A DNA stretch of 63,856 bases, the filler included, from Welwitschia mirabilis (Eukaryota): NCBI GenBank assembly GCA_051453625.1. It is 8 parts of one record of this genome, joined end to end, with 100 filler letters (N's around TTAATTAATTAA, not from the genome) between each part and the next. Parts side by side here need not be neighbours in the genome. Positions count along the whole stretch, not along the records: positions 1 to 6,252 come from JBOZIK010000001.1; positions 6,353 to 30,216 come from JBOZIK010000001.1; 6 more parts are not named here. The stretch is one strand, 5' to 3'. The position numbers were made by a program, and so were the translations under genes. The notes under the pieces were generated by a model. The model was given only the letters and a program-made list of their open reading frames with translations, ran no database searches and had not been told where the DNA came from. Of the stretch, positions 1 to 13,239 are shown piece after piece; within the stretch, counting starts at the first letter, position 1; each line of letters starts with the position of its first letter.

Positions 1-752
1 GCCGGTGGAGAGAGTGAGAGAGTTGGACACATGTTGAGAAAGTTAACTCAGGACTTGAAGCAACTAAAGATTTCCCAGCAAGGAAGGAGTTAAGGAAGAG
101 GGGAGTGACATACAGGGAAGTGGTTTCCTGCCACAGGGTGAATACTAGTTTGATAACGAGAGAGGTGACTACTGTTTTGGGAGAGTAACCCTCTTTGACA
201 CCATTAGGGACCAGCCGAGACTATCACTACACCAGTCTTCCCAAGTTACCACTTCATGAAATCATTACTAATTTAATACATTCGAAGGGGTGCTATCTGG
301 ACATCACCATGTTGCTTCCCTCCCTTTCTTCCATGTCACTCCGTCTTTTTGGCTCCCAGCTCAAAGGGGTAGTCTCTTCCCTTCTCTTTCGCTTCTTAGC
401 CCTCATTTTTGGAGACTCTCACAATGTTTTCTCTCGGTTCCCAAACTTCACTTCCAATCTTGTGATCACATAATAAACTGGAGGCTTTTTCCCCATACTT
501 ATTGTAGTTAACATTTTCAGCCTTATGGTCAATTCTAAGTCCAAATTAGTAGAAGGACATCTTATCCACCAGCAAAAGACACTAGAAGAACTAGCTGATT
601 GCTTCCCTCTTGTCATATTTGTCTTTCATTTTCCGCTAGTTTCATCATTTTGTGTTCTAGACACAATTCCATTGTTCTCTCCTCCTCCACGAAGGAAGAA
701 GTGTATACGTATGATTGGGGGGTGGGTGTTGTGTGGCGAGACGGGGGGATAC

Positions 753-784
<32 letters not shown>
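753..784. repeat. (GA)n microsatellite
   Basis: Direct run of AG dinucleotides with one interruption. Confidence 0.95.
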
Positions 785-3700
785 GGAAATGCATGCTACA
801 TGGCTTCACTTTAAAGAAATGGTGGGGTATGTTAGAAATAAGGAAACGTTAATGCAGTAAGGCACACAATGATTAGAGGAACAAAGGGGGATGCATGAAT
901 GCTAGAAGAGAGCAATTGCAAAAGCACAATATGCAGGATAAGAGGGAGCAGCCCAACAAGGACACATCATCTATGAGGAAATGTTATAATAGCAGATAGT
1001 AGAGATGCCATTAAAAGGATGAAATAGTAAACAATTTCAAATGGAAGAAATTTAGTGATAGGAAAGAACATCACCAAATGCATGATTGGAAAAATGTCAT
1101 GCAAAATTACAAGAGTCACAAGGCATGGAGGGGAAAGGGTAATTTGGCACAAGGAAGGTGACTGTTGGAAAATGCTGTGTCAAAGTGAAGAGTAGACTTA
1201 TGAATGAAGAATCAAGCTTCATGACATAGGGAGCATCGATTAGAAGGTGATACATAATTAGAATGTCTTAGGATTAGAAGTATGTTCTTAATGTACTAGA
1301 AAGGTTATGAGTGACGTAATTTTGTCTAAATAAACGAGTGATTTTTTGAAGGCTGTTTTATGGGTCCTATTATTGTCTATTATGCTATTTCAATATGGGA
1401 ATGAGTGGAATATAAGTTTTGGGAATGTTTTGACACCATAACTGAGTGTTGGGGATTTGTTTTGGATGGTTTTTATGAGGAAAAAATTTAGATGTGTTTT
1501 TATGTATTATTAGGGAATTATTTGTTTGGGCAAAGAGCCAAAAGGAAAGGTATATGAGAAGAAAGGAAGGTTCATTTGCATATAGTCTAACTCGAGATGG
1601 ATCTGTGGCTCTCTACGAGAGGAGTAGGAGTGAAGGGATGAAGGAAGTAAGGCATGTATGAATGATGACAGGCTTCAACACTATTGTTTGCTTCTTGTAT
1701 GAAGGAAAATCAGATATGTTATTATTATCCTTTGTCTGAAGGAATTTATGATTATAAGGTTGATGTATAAAATAAATTTGTTAACAACTTGATGATTGGC
1801 TTGCTGCTGTTATTCCTCATTCTTGCTGTTGATTTTATTGTATTTTGAGCTCATCTCTTTAATAGTGGTTTTCTTGGATTTTTAACATAGATCAGATTCA
1901 AGAAATTATCGCAGTGCAAACCTGACAATATAAACATTCTCCTTTTTGCTCTAGAATTACCTGGTTACTTTGTACCTTGAGTGGAGCATTCCTTTTAGTG
2001 AATTCCGAACATTCCACATGCCTTCTAAAACAACATTGGTTACCTGCACACTATAGAAGTGATCATGTTGCCTTTTCAAACCCAAGAGAAAGAAATCTAA
2101 ATGAACATGACCATTTTTCTGTTGTTAATTCATAAAATCCCCATACTATCTGAATGTCCATATGCCACTCTAATACATTTTTCCTTTATGCTTGTATATG
2201 TTTGATGACTTATTTGATTGTCATCGCACTTGCATTTAAATTTCAATCTCGGTACCTCTGTTGTTAGTTTCCTTTAAATTATGTTATTCATTGATGATGA
2301 TTCAGTAGTGTATCTCTTTGTTTTAACTGTCTTTATTCCGCTTCTTGTATATTTCTTATGAGTCTTATTAGATTCATTTGGCTTTCTTGTAACATGTGGG
2401 ACTGAGTGGTTGTTTCTAGCCTCAGGTATCATCAAGTATGAGAGCCTGAAACTTTTAGCCCTCTACATTCACCCCTCCTTATGATTTCTGTTTGCCAACT
2501 ACAGGTTCATTTGGCAATTCTTTCTTCCGTTCTGATTTCTCATTGTGGTATCAGCCACATCTCTTCACAAGATTTATAATGCAGGATGCCCATATAATTT
2601 GAACCCAATAAAAGTCTACATCGATCAGCAAGAAAGATGTCCATATAATTCGGCATTCTACCATATGCACAAAAAATACTCTGCATCACTCTACATGGAC
2701 TGATCAGTAGAAGGGAAATGGTTGTACGATCATCAAGGATGCTCCTGCATCTCCTATGTTCATACACACACTGTTTTTTTGTTGCATAGTGCTGATCACC
2801 TATTACTCATAGAAATGGGAAGAATTGTTTCCAAATGTTCAGTGCTAATTCTTAAACGCCACATATCATCATCTTCCCCCTTTTCCTTCCTCCCTCTCCC
2901 CCTTTTTTCTTTGGTTGGAAGAAGGAAGCTAGCAGGGAAACTACACCATACTTACCAGGGTCAGTGGTTTCATTTGGCAGATGAAAACTTATTGGTAGCC
3001 CCTACTGGTTTAGGAACTCACCAGCAATTGCCACATAAAAACTGGTTGTAATATTTTAATGTTATATAGTAATCTATTCCCAAGTTAGCAGATTTAGAAT
3101 ACTAATGAAATAGACAAACCTGGGCAGCTTTAGAAAATGTAATTGCTACAATGTCATGCCAAATTATTCCTTGTTTAATGTTATATTTAAGATGTTAATC
3201 CTTTTTAATTATTATAAGAGAGGAACTATATTATTAATCACCTTGAGTTTAACATGAATAGTAATGTGGTGGTTAAACAACAATTATAACTAAAGGGAAT
3301 GAGTCTAGGGCATTCTAAAAAGTCTTGCCTATGTCTATGTCATCTCGATTCCAGGTTGTACTTGCATCAAGTTGTTGGAACAACATTTGGGTTTGAGTGA
3401 TTCCTATGAGAGATATGAAAGCTGAAGCTTGAAGCCCTACTTTCAAGATTGGTTTTGTAAGCTTAGTTTCTTAATAAGAGTCACGCACTGTTTACCTTGG
3501 ATGTTTCCCTTGATATTTGAGGATTTTACCACATAGATCTCTTTGGGTCTATCCCATTGCCTTTTGCTGTCATTTTTCTTTACAATAATTTGGTTTGCTT
3601 TCTTGCTTTTTACTATAACATAGAGAACTTGTCTAATTTGAGACATTAATATTCTAGATGAAATGAGTTACATGAATCATCTTTTAAGAATATCTAGGAA

Positions 3701-4849
3701 TAAAATTTACCATATTAAACGCCATTTTGTATATCACATAGATAAAACATTCCTTAGAATTTATCTTAGTAGCATTTTATTTTGCCAAATAGTTATGACA
3801 TATGTGGCTCCAAAATAATAAATGTCAAACTTTCTATGGGTGAGAAACTATTGTAAATGGAAACTGAAGTAGGGGAAGATCAGTTTTTCACAATGCATGT
3901 TAAGAAACTGCTACCTGAATCATGCTCAATTATCTTGTATTGCCTTATTTATTCATCATTACAGGAGATGGTTATTGTTAATTATGTTGTGTGTTTGGCT
4001 GTCACATCCAGGTTGGCATATCTCTTGCATTTGTAATCCATGAATCGGCAAATCCACATATTTGTAAGTGCAGGAGGAACCGTTCTTTAAATTCTCAGAT
4101 ATGTTTCAACATTTGCTCAGCCGTTGCATTCAGTCATTGATATTATTTGACCAATGAACAAAAAGGATTAGTCTAAGCGTGAATGATGGAAACAAGACTT
4201 TTCCAAAATGAATTGTTAATACTCACATATATTTGCTGATGCAAAATTCTTCTAGTGAGCATGGGATGTAGATCCATCAACACTGTCAAGTGTTGGGATC
4301 AACACTACTCCAAGTGGTAAGGCTAGAGTACTAGATTGAATATCAGCAAAGTCTGGATGGATTAAAAGAGGACTTTTGCTGATATCATGGTTTTCTATTT
4401 AATATAAGATTATCACTAACATTAAAAAGCATGCTACATAAATAATTTTCTCATAAATAAAGGAATTCATGGATTCGTTAACATCATGTCATACTTATGA
4501 GTCTAGTAGATTTGTAGGCTTATTTTGTAATTAGAAATAGTATATATGTCTTTATTAGATTTGCATTTTATAATACAAAGAAAACAAATACTTTTAATGT
4601 TGGAAGACTTTATGTGGAGACGTTTTTTTCAATAAACTGGTAAAATTTAAAAGAAGAAAGGTAGGTAACAAGTTGCCTATTTGTCAATAAAAGGCCAGTT
4701 TGTGTCAAAAAAACATGGCATAAATCTGTTGGAACTACTAGTCATGCCTATGGCAATTAGTGGCCACGTTTTTATCATTACATTATAGTTATGACTACAA
4801 CTCTATGACAAAGCCACAATAAAGTATAACGTAAATTTTCAAGATAATG

Positions 4850-5050
4850 AGTCTAGCACATAGCGTGGTTGATTCAACCCATGTTTAGAAGTGGTGGGTT
4901 CAAATCCTATGATGTGTGGGTTGGCTTGCGGTTTATATCTATGTATTCAAGGCACACCTAGGCAGAGGCTTCAACATCTTTGTACAAATCATATGTGAGA
5001 CTTGGACATTTGGGGGTTAGCTCCTGAGCGTTTGGGTGCCAGCTAGAGGA
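4850..5050 (+). mobile_element. Candidate tRNA-derived SINE (degenerate)
   Basis: A-box-like TAGCACATAGCGTGG at 4854 and B-box GGTTCAAATCC at 4897-4907, about 43 nt apart as in Pol III internal promoters. No cloverleaf; 3' end and TSD not defined. Confidence 0.4.
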
Positions 5051-5123
5051 TTTCACCTAGCCAAGCATGCTAGTTACTTTGGTAAGTATGATACAATTTC
5101 CTATGAATTAACTTCCTCTTTCC

Positions 5124-5193
5124 AGAGAGAGAGAGAGAGAGGGAGAGAGAGAGAAGAAGAAGAAGAAGAAGAAGAAGAAGAAGAAGAAGAAGA
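5124..5193. repeat. Compound (GA)n(GAA)n microsatellite
   Basis: Direct observation; it produces the spurious poly-Glu ORF 5036..5218. Confidence 0.95.
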
Positions 5194-5320
5194 AATGAAG
5201 AAAAGAAAATCAAGGTAACAATCAAATTCTTTAAATGAGACAAAGGAATTTAACAAAGAATCATCATGAGTGCATCATTTACAACCTTCCCAAAGTGTAA
5301 TGCAAACATTCCTATCTTAC

Positions 5321-5760
5321 TGTTGGGAATCAAATGAGCAAGAACATGAGAAAGAATTTTCCCAAAATAAAACTTTATTTCTTTATATCTTATTACATTA
5401 AAGAGCTTGCTTTTAAAGGCAAGCACACCATTAGGGTTTCACTAGGGGATTCATGCTTCCTTAGAAGTGTGACCATTGTGTGCATTACAAGCCTTAGCAA
5501 TTTCCCCCTCAACCTGGGAATACACTCTCCTCCAGGGGAAATCCAGGGTGCCTAGAGGAAAACCTTAGGAATGCGGCTTATAATAAAACCCATTTAAAGG
5601 AGTTGTCATGTGAGGGAACTACTTTATTAAAGAAATAGTAAATTTACAATTTAACATCCCATACAAGATAGGACTATGATGTGCATTACACATCCTATAA
5701 TGTTAGGACAAAAATGTATTGCACATCATGTAGTACTAGGATCAACAATGACTTCCAACA
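5321..5760. mobile_element. Possible solo LTR (~440 bp)
   Basis: Starts TGTTGGGA and ends TTCCAACA (inverted TG...CA termini). Flanks CTTAC/GAAAC do not form a TSD. Confidence 0.35.
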
Positions 5761-6053
5761 GAAACTCAAAAGTCAGATGAAGCCCATAATGTACAAGAGA
5801 AAAATGAGTTTAAATTAACTCATTGTCAATCCAATTTTGGTTTGGAAGTGCTGGAACTTCTTTCGACCAAGTATTTTTATTTGAGTATCAATTATTGATT
5901 GTATGGTTAGATGGTGTATTGGTGCAATAACTTCATGCTGTATAAGTTCCTTAATATTATGGATCAACTACCATGTACCATTTTCTACAAGTGCATTGTG
6001 TTCATGACTTAAAGCCACTGATAGTGTAGAAGAGTGTCTTTGAAAGAAGTTGG

Positions 6054-6252
6054 TGTTAGGATCGATTGGCGCCTTAGAGGGGGGGTGAATAGGGTGAATC
6101 ACAAAATTTAATTACTTAACTAAAATCAGAACTTTGCTTGAGAAAGGAAATCAGAAATTACTGAATCATGAACATAATAAAACAAACTCAAACAAATAGA
6201 AAGAGTGCACCACGATTTTATAGTGGTTTGGCAATCCTTGCCTACTCCACTC
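6054..6252 (-). mobile_element. 3' end of a Sirevirus LTR, cut by a scaffold gap
   Basis: Reverse complement reads ...CCCTATTCACCCCCCCTCTAAGG...CCTAACA, the conserved C-rich Sirevirus LTR-end signature. Confidence 0.8.
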
Positions 6253-6352
6253 NNNNNNNNNNNNNNNNNNNNNNNNNNNNNNNNNNNNNNNNNNNNTTAA
6301 TTAATTAANNNNNNNNNNNNNNNNNNNNNNNNNNNNNNNNNNNNNNNNNNNN
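6253..6352. other. Artificial scaffold linker N44-TTAATTAATTAA-N44 (also at 30217-30316, 42597-42696, 44867-44966, 49767-49866, 51487-51586, 57898-57997)
   Basis: An identical 12-mer with stops in all six frames is centred in exactly 100 nt of gap at seven places. Confidence 0.95.
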
Positions 6353-6493
6353 CATGGTGGAAGGAGGATGAGAATCAAAAGGGAGTTAATAAGCTGTAAG
6401 GTAAAGTAATGAATCAGATGGATCGTGCTCACATCCACAATTGAAATCGATCTATCTGTCATGCAAAAAATCTTTTCAAATTAAAAAAAAAGG

Positions 6494-6497
<4 letters not shown>

Positions 6498-6540
<43 letters not shown>
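6498..6540. repeat. (GA)n microsatellite
   Basis: Direct observation. Confidence 0.95.
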
Positions 6541-6543
<3 letters not shown>

Positions 6544-7778
6544 GAAGACAAAGAAATGGTATAGTCACAAAAAAAGGGATCTTACTCTTATCCAAAATTT
6601 CAAGTGATCTATCCAAGTCATAATGCAATTAAAGCAAAGAGGCAAAGTGTCACGATAGAGAGGTATAGTTATAACGACAGGGAATCAAGCCCACAAATTG
6701 AGTGATCTATTCAAACCACTAAGTGTGACAACCAAAATACCCCCCAAACCAGTGAGAACCTAGGCGCACAAGAAAGAAAACAAAAACACTTTGTTAAAAT
6801 TTCTTATTGTGAGCGAGGTAACTTTTAACTAAGGGGCTTAGACTAATTATTAAGTGACGAAAATCCTGGAATTTGTCAATTTTAAAGTCTGCTTCTAAAT
6901 CTGAGTAGTGATCATGTCCTCTTCAATGGTAGTACCTTTGTCTTTAAAGGGAGTAAAGGGAGTAAAGAGACAAAGTGTGAATCATGTTAGTGGGGCTTCC
7001 AAGTCGTCAACTAGTTTTGGTTACCTCAGATATATATCCCCCGTAAGGGAGAGTACAATGCAATGTTGGTGACCTACTTATATATCAATCTCAGTAAATT
7101 TTAAAATTTATTAAACTTGTGTCCCTTGGTGATGAAGTACAAGTGGACCTTGCCACTATGCCTTTGATCTTCACACAATATAGCCTCAATTACCAAGGCA
7201 TACATGGGAATCTGGACCTCGGGTGTGTAGACGTTTCCACTTAAGAGAGACATAGCTCTTCGTATGGCTTGAACTTCACAGTCATGACAGTTAAGATTAC
7301 ACAATAAGCTTTAAAAGGCAACATAAAGACTGACACAAATATCTGTCTACATAAGGCTCCTCATGCCCACCACGAACCAAAATTATCGGCATTAAAAATC
7401 ATTAAGTGTTTTAGGGTGAAAAGTAATTTCTTTTTTTATTACTTAACTTAAGAAAGGTTAATAAAATTATTAAGTGTGCAATGGCGAAAAATCAAAGAGT
7501 AGTCACTACACAATGGGCTAATGTTGGTATAGTCAAGCCAAGTAGATCTTGCTCATCATCCAACTTGGCTTGATGCCATTCAAATCACAAAAATTGGTCC
7601 AGAAAAGTGAGAAATGAAATCGAGTGCATCTTGCTCCAATCCCAATTCAATTTGGAAAAGTGAGTTTTGGGCTTACAAATTTTGAAAAATGCCCAAAAAC
7701 TCAAAAAAGAGTTGAAAATTCTCAAAAATATAAAAAGTACACAAAACTATGCAGGTGCGCATGACAGGGCCAAAAGCT

Positions 7779-7870
7779 AAACATGTGTTCAAAAACATGT
7801 GTTCAAAAACATGTGTTCAAAAAACTGGTCAATTGTTGAGCAATGGCTCAAGAAAACATGTGTTCAAAAA
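7779..7870. repeat. 14-bp tandem repeat AAACATGTGTTCAA x3 plus a fourth copy at ~7854
   Basis: Direct observation, in the non-coding region 3' of the copia pol. Confidence 0.85.
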
Positions 7871-8257
7871 ATTGAAAAAAATGCCTTAAAGCTGGGCAAT
7901 TTCATGTGTGCGCCCAACTGAAGTTGCTTAGCCAAAAATACAAGCCCAAATAACATGTGCGATACAACTAATAGAAAGACACGAGGCAACGCGCGAATGT
8001 CTGTCTTGGGCTACGTCCACATAAAAGAGTGGATGTCTGAGATATTTTGGGTAGACATCCCGGTCGTAATACCTAGATTTTGATGTCTGGGAAAATGATA
8101 AGGACATCTAGGTTATAAAATCCTTGGGATGTCCAAGTAACCATCTAGGACATATGGGTGAAATAAAGATGCAAAAATAAGATATCACCTAAAGATTTTG
8201 CAAGCCACTTAGACGAAAGAATAACACAATTTGGAGCACATTGAATTGAATCAGAAA

Positions 8258-11200
8258 TTATTGAGGTGGGGGGGGGCAAGCCCATATACCTAAATTTTTC
8301 CTTGGATAAGCAAATCTCTCTTTGTTGAGACCTTTGGTCATCACATCTGTAATTTGATCTTTTGTAGACACATATTCCAACATTTCAACATTATTATGAA
8401 CTTGTTCCTTTTTGAAATGATGTCTGACATCAATATGTTTTGTTCTAGGATGTTGAACCAGGTTTTTGGTAATGTTGATGGTAGTTCTATTATCACAAAA
8501 CAGCTCGATTAAATCTGTTTTTGCTCCGAAATCTTTGAGCATCATCCATAGGAGTTGAGCACAGGCAACCCTGGTAGCGATGTATTTGGCTTCAGCAGTT
8601 GATAAAGAGATTGTGTTTTGCTTCCTACTCAGCCATGAAACTAGGTAGTTTCCCATGTAGAAACAAGCACCACTCACACTTTTCCGGTCGTCTACACCCA
8701 ACCCAATCAACAACACTTATCCTACTAGATCTCAAGTTTTATCATAAGGCATACCAAAGACCAAAGTGTTGAGTGTTTTTAAGATACCACAAAATTCTTT
8801 TAACACATACTAGATGGGATTCTCTCGAATCTGTTTGATACTTAGCACAATATCTTACACTATGTGTTATATCAGGTCTACTTGCTATCACGTATAATAA
8901 ACTTCCAATTATCCTTCTCAACAACTTTTGATCTACCTTCTTATAAGTTTCATCCTTTTTGAATTTTATATTGGTTGAGAGAGGAGTTTTTGAATCTTTA
9001 GCATTCACCATATCGTATTTCTTTAGAATATCTTGAATATACTTAGTTTGGGTAATAAATACACCATCTTCCATTTGTTTGATTTGCAGCCCCATGAAAA
9101 AGTTTATTTCTCCCACCATGCTCATCTCAAATTCCTCTTGCATGATTTTTGCAAATTTTTGAGCAAGAGTAGTTTTGGTTGATCGAAAAACTTTATCATC
9201 AACATATGTTTGAGCTATTAACATATCATTTTTCTCACACTTAATAAACAAGGTTGGGTGAGTATTGCCTTTTCTAAAACCATTTGACACTAGGAATGAG
9301 TTTAGTCTTTCAAACTACGCTCCAGGAGCTTGCATCAAGCCATATAATGCCTTGTTTAGTTTGTACACATAATTAGGGCATTTTGGGTATGTGAACCTAA
9401 GAGGATGGGCCACATAGAGTTTTTCATTGACATAACCATTCAGAAAGGCACATTTTACATTCATCTGAAAATATCTAATTCGATGGTAGTAAGCAAAAGC
9501 AAGGAGCATGTGTTTGGCTTACAATCTAGCAACAATAGCAAATTTTTTTTCATAATCTATTCCTTTCTATTGGCTGTATTCCTGAGCAACCAGGCGAGCC
9601 TTGTTTTGAATTATGTTGTGATTGTCATCTCTCTTGTTTTTAAATACCCATTTTGTTCTAGTAATATGCTCGCTCTTAGGAGGGGCAACCAAATTGCACA
9701 CTTTGTTCCTTTCAAATTGATTCAGCTTCTGTTGCATGGTAATCATTCATTGATAATTGTTTTTAGCTTTTTGAAAGTTGTTGGGTTCTAGACCCCAGAT
9801 AGAAAGCAAAGAAGATCATGACTAATGTGTTTATCACTTCTACTTGTTGTCCCCTGATTAGGGTTATTTACTATAACTACTTGAGGGTGATCTGTTTTGG
9901 TTCATTGAGGAAGGGTGCAATAAGAGCTGGTCTTAGCCTTATCTTACTCATTGCTTAAGGTGGATGGTTGGTTTCTAAATGAAGAAGGTTCAACTAGAAT
10001 ATCTATATGATTAGCACTATCTGAAGGAGTATAATCATAGGAATCATCAATTATTATAAGGGCTGATTCTTCCACTTTTCCTATAGCTTTGTTAAAGACC
10101 CTATAAGCTTTGCTAACTAAGGAGTATCCTAAAAATATTCCATTATTAGATTTTGATTCAAATTTAGTTGTAGGATACTTATCCTTGAGAATAGCACATT
10201 TGCTACTAGAGACTTTAAAGCAACTAACATTATGTTTCTTCCCATGCCAAAGTTTATAAGCGGTTTTCTCAGTACTAGAACGAAGAAACACTTTGTTGGA
10301 GACATATCATGCTATATTAACAGCTTCAGCCCAAAGATGATGGGGAAGGGAGTACTCATTTATCACTGTCCTAGCCATTTCAATCAGAACACGGTTTTTT
10401 CTTTCTGCTGCACCATTTTGTTGAAGTGTACACGAGGCTGAAAATGGATGTGAGATTCCATTGGCATTACAAAACTCATCAAATTTTGCATTATCAAATT
10501 CCCCTCCTCTATCATATCGGATAGTCCTAATAGGTTTGTTTTGTTCCTTTTGAATTTTCTTACCAATTTTAATAAACATCTCATAGGCTTTATCCTTGTG
10601 AGTTGAGAAACCTACCTAATATAATCTTAAAAATCATCTACGATGACCAAAAAATACCTCCTTCCTCCAATACTTCTAGATTGAATGGGACCAACGAAAT
10701 CCATGTGAACTAAATCTAAAGGTCTAGTGGAAGAGATGTCCTTCTTTTTTGGACAACTTGATTTAAGTAACTTTCTTTTTAGATAGGATTCATAAATTTT
10801 GGCTTGAGTAACATTTAACTTCAGAATGCCTTTGACTATTTCCTTAGAAGAGATTGTCTTTAAATCTTTTAAATTCATATGACTCAATCAACGGTGCCAC
10901 AAGCTAAGTTCATTAGTTTGAGCTAAATAGCATCCATCTATTGATCTATCATTACTTTCTAGCACATACATACAGTTTGACCTATGACTTGTAAGAATCT
11001 CTTAATTGGTAAGGTTAGTGCGGATGACACATTTATCTTGATAGAACAAGACTGTATTATCTCTATCACAATCTGAGAAAAATCAATAGATCCTTTTCCA
11101 ATAATGTGGCCTTTGCTATTGTCCCCAGAAGTAACTTCTCCACCATCATAATTTTGAAACAAAACTAGGAGATATCGTACTCCCTATCATATGTCTAGAG

Positions 11201-11367
11201 CACCCACTATCAAGATACCATTTAGTTTTCTCTGGAGCTTTAAAAGTAGCATATGTAAATAGAGATGTGATATGACTCTTTTTGACCCATTTTTTAGAGA
11301 TTTACCTTCTAAGAGGGCCCTGATGAAAGGGAGTTTTTCTAATAAATTGAATGTTGTTGCTTGAGTA
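8258..11367 (-). pseudogene. Sirevirus element 1: degraded Ty1-copia gag end and pol (PR-IN-RT-RH)
   Basis: Domains in copia order: WYLDSGCSRHM protease (~11190-11222), LVHMDFVGP, DRGGEF, QQNGAAERKNR integrase, KALYGLMQAP and YVDD RT, DRKSVSG, STAEAKY and HPRTKHIDVRHHF RNase H. Many frameshifts and stops. Confidence 0.92.
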
Positions 11368-13173
11368 TGTTGGAAAGATCTCAAAGTCTTATAGTTTCAA
11401 TGATAAACTCTAAACAAAATTTTCCCTGATTGAAGAATTGATTTGAAAACAAAGTCAATCTAATGTTAGATCATTAATGGGATGTTTGACCCCTCCATCT
11501 GGGACGTCTAGACTTGGTCACTACTCTAAGCATAAACTGAGGTACGAGTGGGACATCTGACAACTTAGTTTGCAACATCTCAGATTCAGATCAGACCTAT
11601 TTCAACTTGTTTCAAGTCGGGACATCTGACCTTTGAAACTGGGACATCTGGCCCTACAAGCAGATTTCCTCCCCATCAAGGCAGGAGTGCAGGACGTCCA
11701 AAGGCATCTCATGGGGCGTTCGAGTTCTTGTTTAAAGTGGGATGTTCGACCAAATTCTCTGGGACATCTGATTAGNNNNNNNNNNNNNNNNNNNNNNNNN
11801 NNNNNNNNNNNNNNNNNNNNNNNNNNNNNNNNNNNNNNNNNNNNNNNNNNNNNNNNNNNNNNNNNNNNNNNNNNNNNNNNNNNNNNNNNNNNNNNNNNNN
11901 NNNNNNNNNNNNNNNNNNNNNNNNNNNNNNNNNNNNNNNNNNNNNNNNNNNNNNNNNNNNNNNNNNNNNNNNNNNNNNNNNNNNNNNNNNNNNNNNNNNN
12001 NNNNNNNNNNNNNNNNNNNNNNNNNNNNNNNNNNNNNNNNNNNNNNNNNNNNNNNNNNNNNNNNNNNNNNNNNNNNNNNNNNNNNNNNNNNNNNNNNNNN
12101 NNNNNNNNNNNNNNNNNNNNNNNNNNNNNNNNNNNNNNNNNNNNNNNNNNNNNNNNNNNNNNNNNNNNNNNNNNNNNNNNNNNNNNNNNNNNNNNNNNNN
12201 NNNNNNNNNNNNNNNNNNNNNNNNNNNNNNNNNNNNNNNNNNNNNNNNNNNNNNNNNNNNNNNNNNNNNNNNNNNNNNNNNNNNNNNNNNNNNNNNNNNN
12301 NNNNNNNNNNNNNNNNNNNNNNNNNNNNNNNNNNNNNNNNNNNNNNNNNNNNNNNNNNNNNNNNNNNNNNNNNNNNNNNNNNNNNNNNNNNNNNNNNNNN
12401 NNNNNNNNNNNNNNNNNNNNNNNNNNNNNNNNNNNNNNNNNNNNNNNNNNNNNNNNNNNNNNNNNNNNNNNNNNNNNNNNNNNNNNNNNNNNNNNNNNNN
12501 NNNNNNNNNNNNNNNNNNNNNNNNNNNNNNNNNNNNNNNNNNNNNNNNNNNNNNNNNNNNNNNNNGACATTGAGGTAGAAGTTGAAGATCTGTTGGAAGA
12601 CTCAAGTCACTCAACACGCGATTCAACATGTGAACGACTACCTGTTTAGTTTGCTGCACTTTGTTCTATGTGACTCACATTTGAAGACTGGACTACAACA
12701 ACTAGGTCACAGAGAGAAGGTACATAGAGTGAATAAATACTGTTTTGGACTATAGATACAAAATATTGAAATATCATTCTACTAAATGTATGCCCTATAT
12801 GTACTCAACTGAGTTTCTCATCTTTCTGCTCGTTATCGTTGATGCTTTGTACAATGTAAAGGCACACTATCATCAGATTCTCATCATTGGTGTTTATGTT
12901 CAATTGCTCACTGAGTTGAACTCGTGTACTATCCTACCTTTTCTTGAGAGGAGGAGGAGGAAGAGCTCATAACATTGGAGGTTGATAATAGAACCAGGAG
13001 GCTGATAACAGTTGCTGCCCTTTGAGAGTGGAGTATGTCGTTTGTCAAACCACTATAAAATTCCTAGTGTCTTCTATTCTTTTAATTTTCTACTTCAAGT
13101 TTAAATGTTTTCTTAAAGGAAGTATTTTAGAATACCCTATTCACCCCCCTCTAGAGTATTCTTAATCCTAATA
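11368..13173 (+). repeat. 5' LTR of Sirevirus element 2 (spans a gap)
   Basis: The 3' end is clear (CCTATTCACCCCCCTCTAG...CCTAATA followed by the PBS). The start at TGTTGGAAAG (11368) is inferred from where element-1 gag stops and a GGGACGTC/GGGACATC repeat array begins. Confidence 0.65.
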
Positions 13174-13175
13174 AG

Positions 13176-13188
13176 TGATATCAAAGCC
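13176..13188 (+). promoter_or_regulatory. Primer binding site (tRNA-iMet), degenerate
   Basis: TGATATCAAAGCC versus canonical TGGTATCAGAGCC (two G>A changes), immediately after the LTR end. Confidence 0.8.
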
Positions 13189-13239
13189 TGGTTACTCTAG
13201 ATTTAGTTTCTTTTTGGGTGATTGTTTCAGGCTTGCTGT

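Noticed and set aside
95-350. Inverted repeat GGAGTGACAT/ATGTCACTCC as a possible miRNA hairpin
   Set aside because: Only about 10 perfect pairs roughly 220 nt apart in purine/pyrimidine-biased DNA, with no extended stem and no recognisable miRNA.
6297-6308. TTAATTAATTAA palindrome recurring seven times, suggestive of a dispersed functional site
   Set aside because: It is always centred in a 100-nt N gap, so it is an assembly linker. Adjacency across these joins is also unproven.
11602-12659. Long ORFs of 295-338 aa (also 37111..38043 and others)
   Set aside because: They consist mostly of X residues from N gaps.
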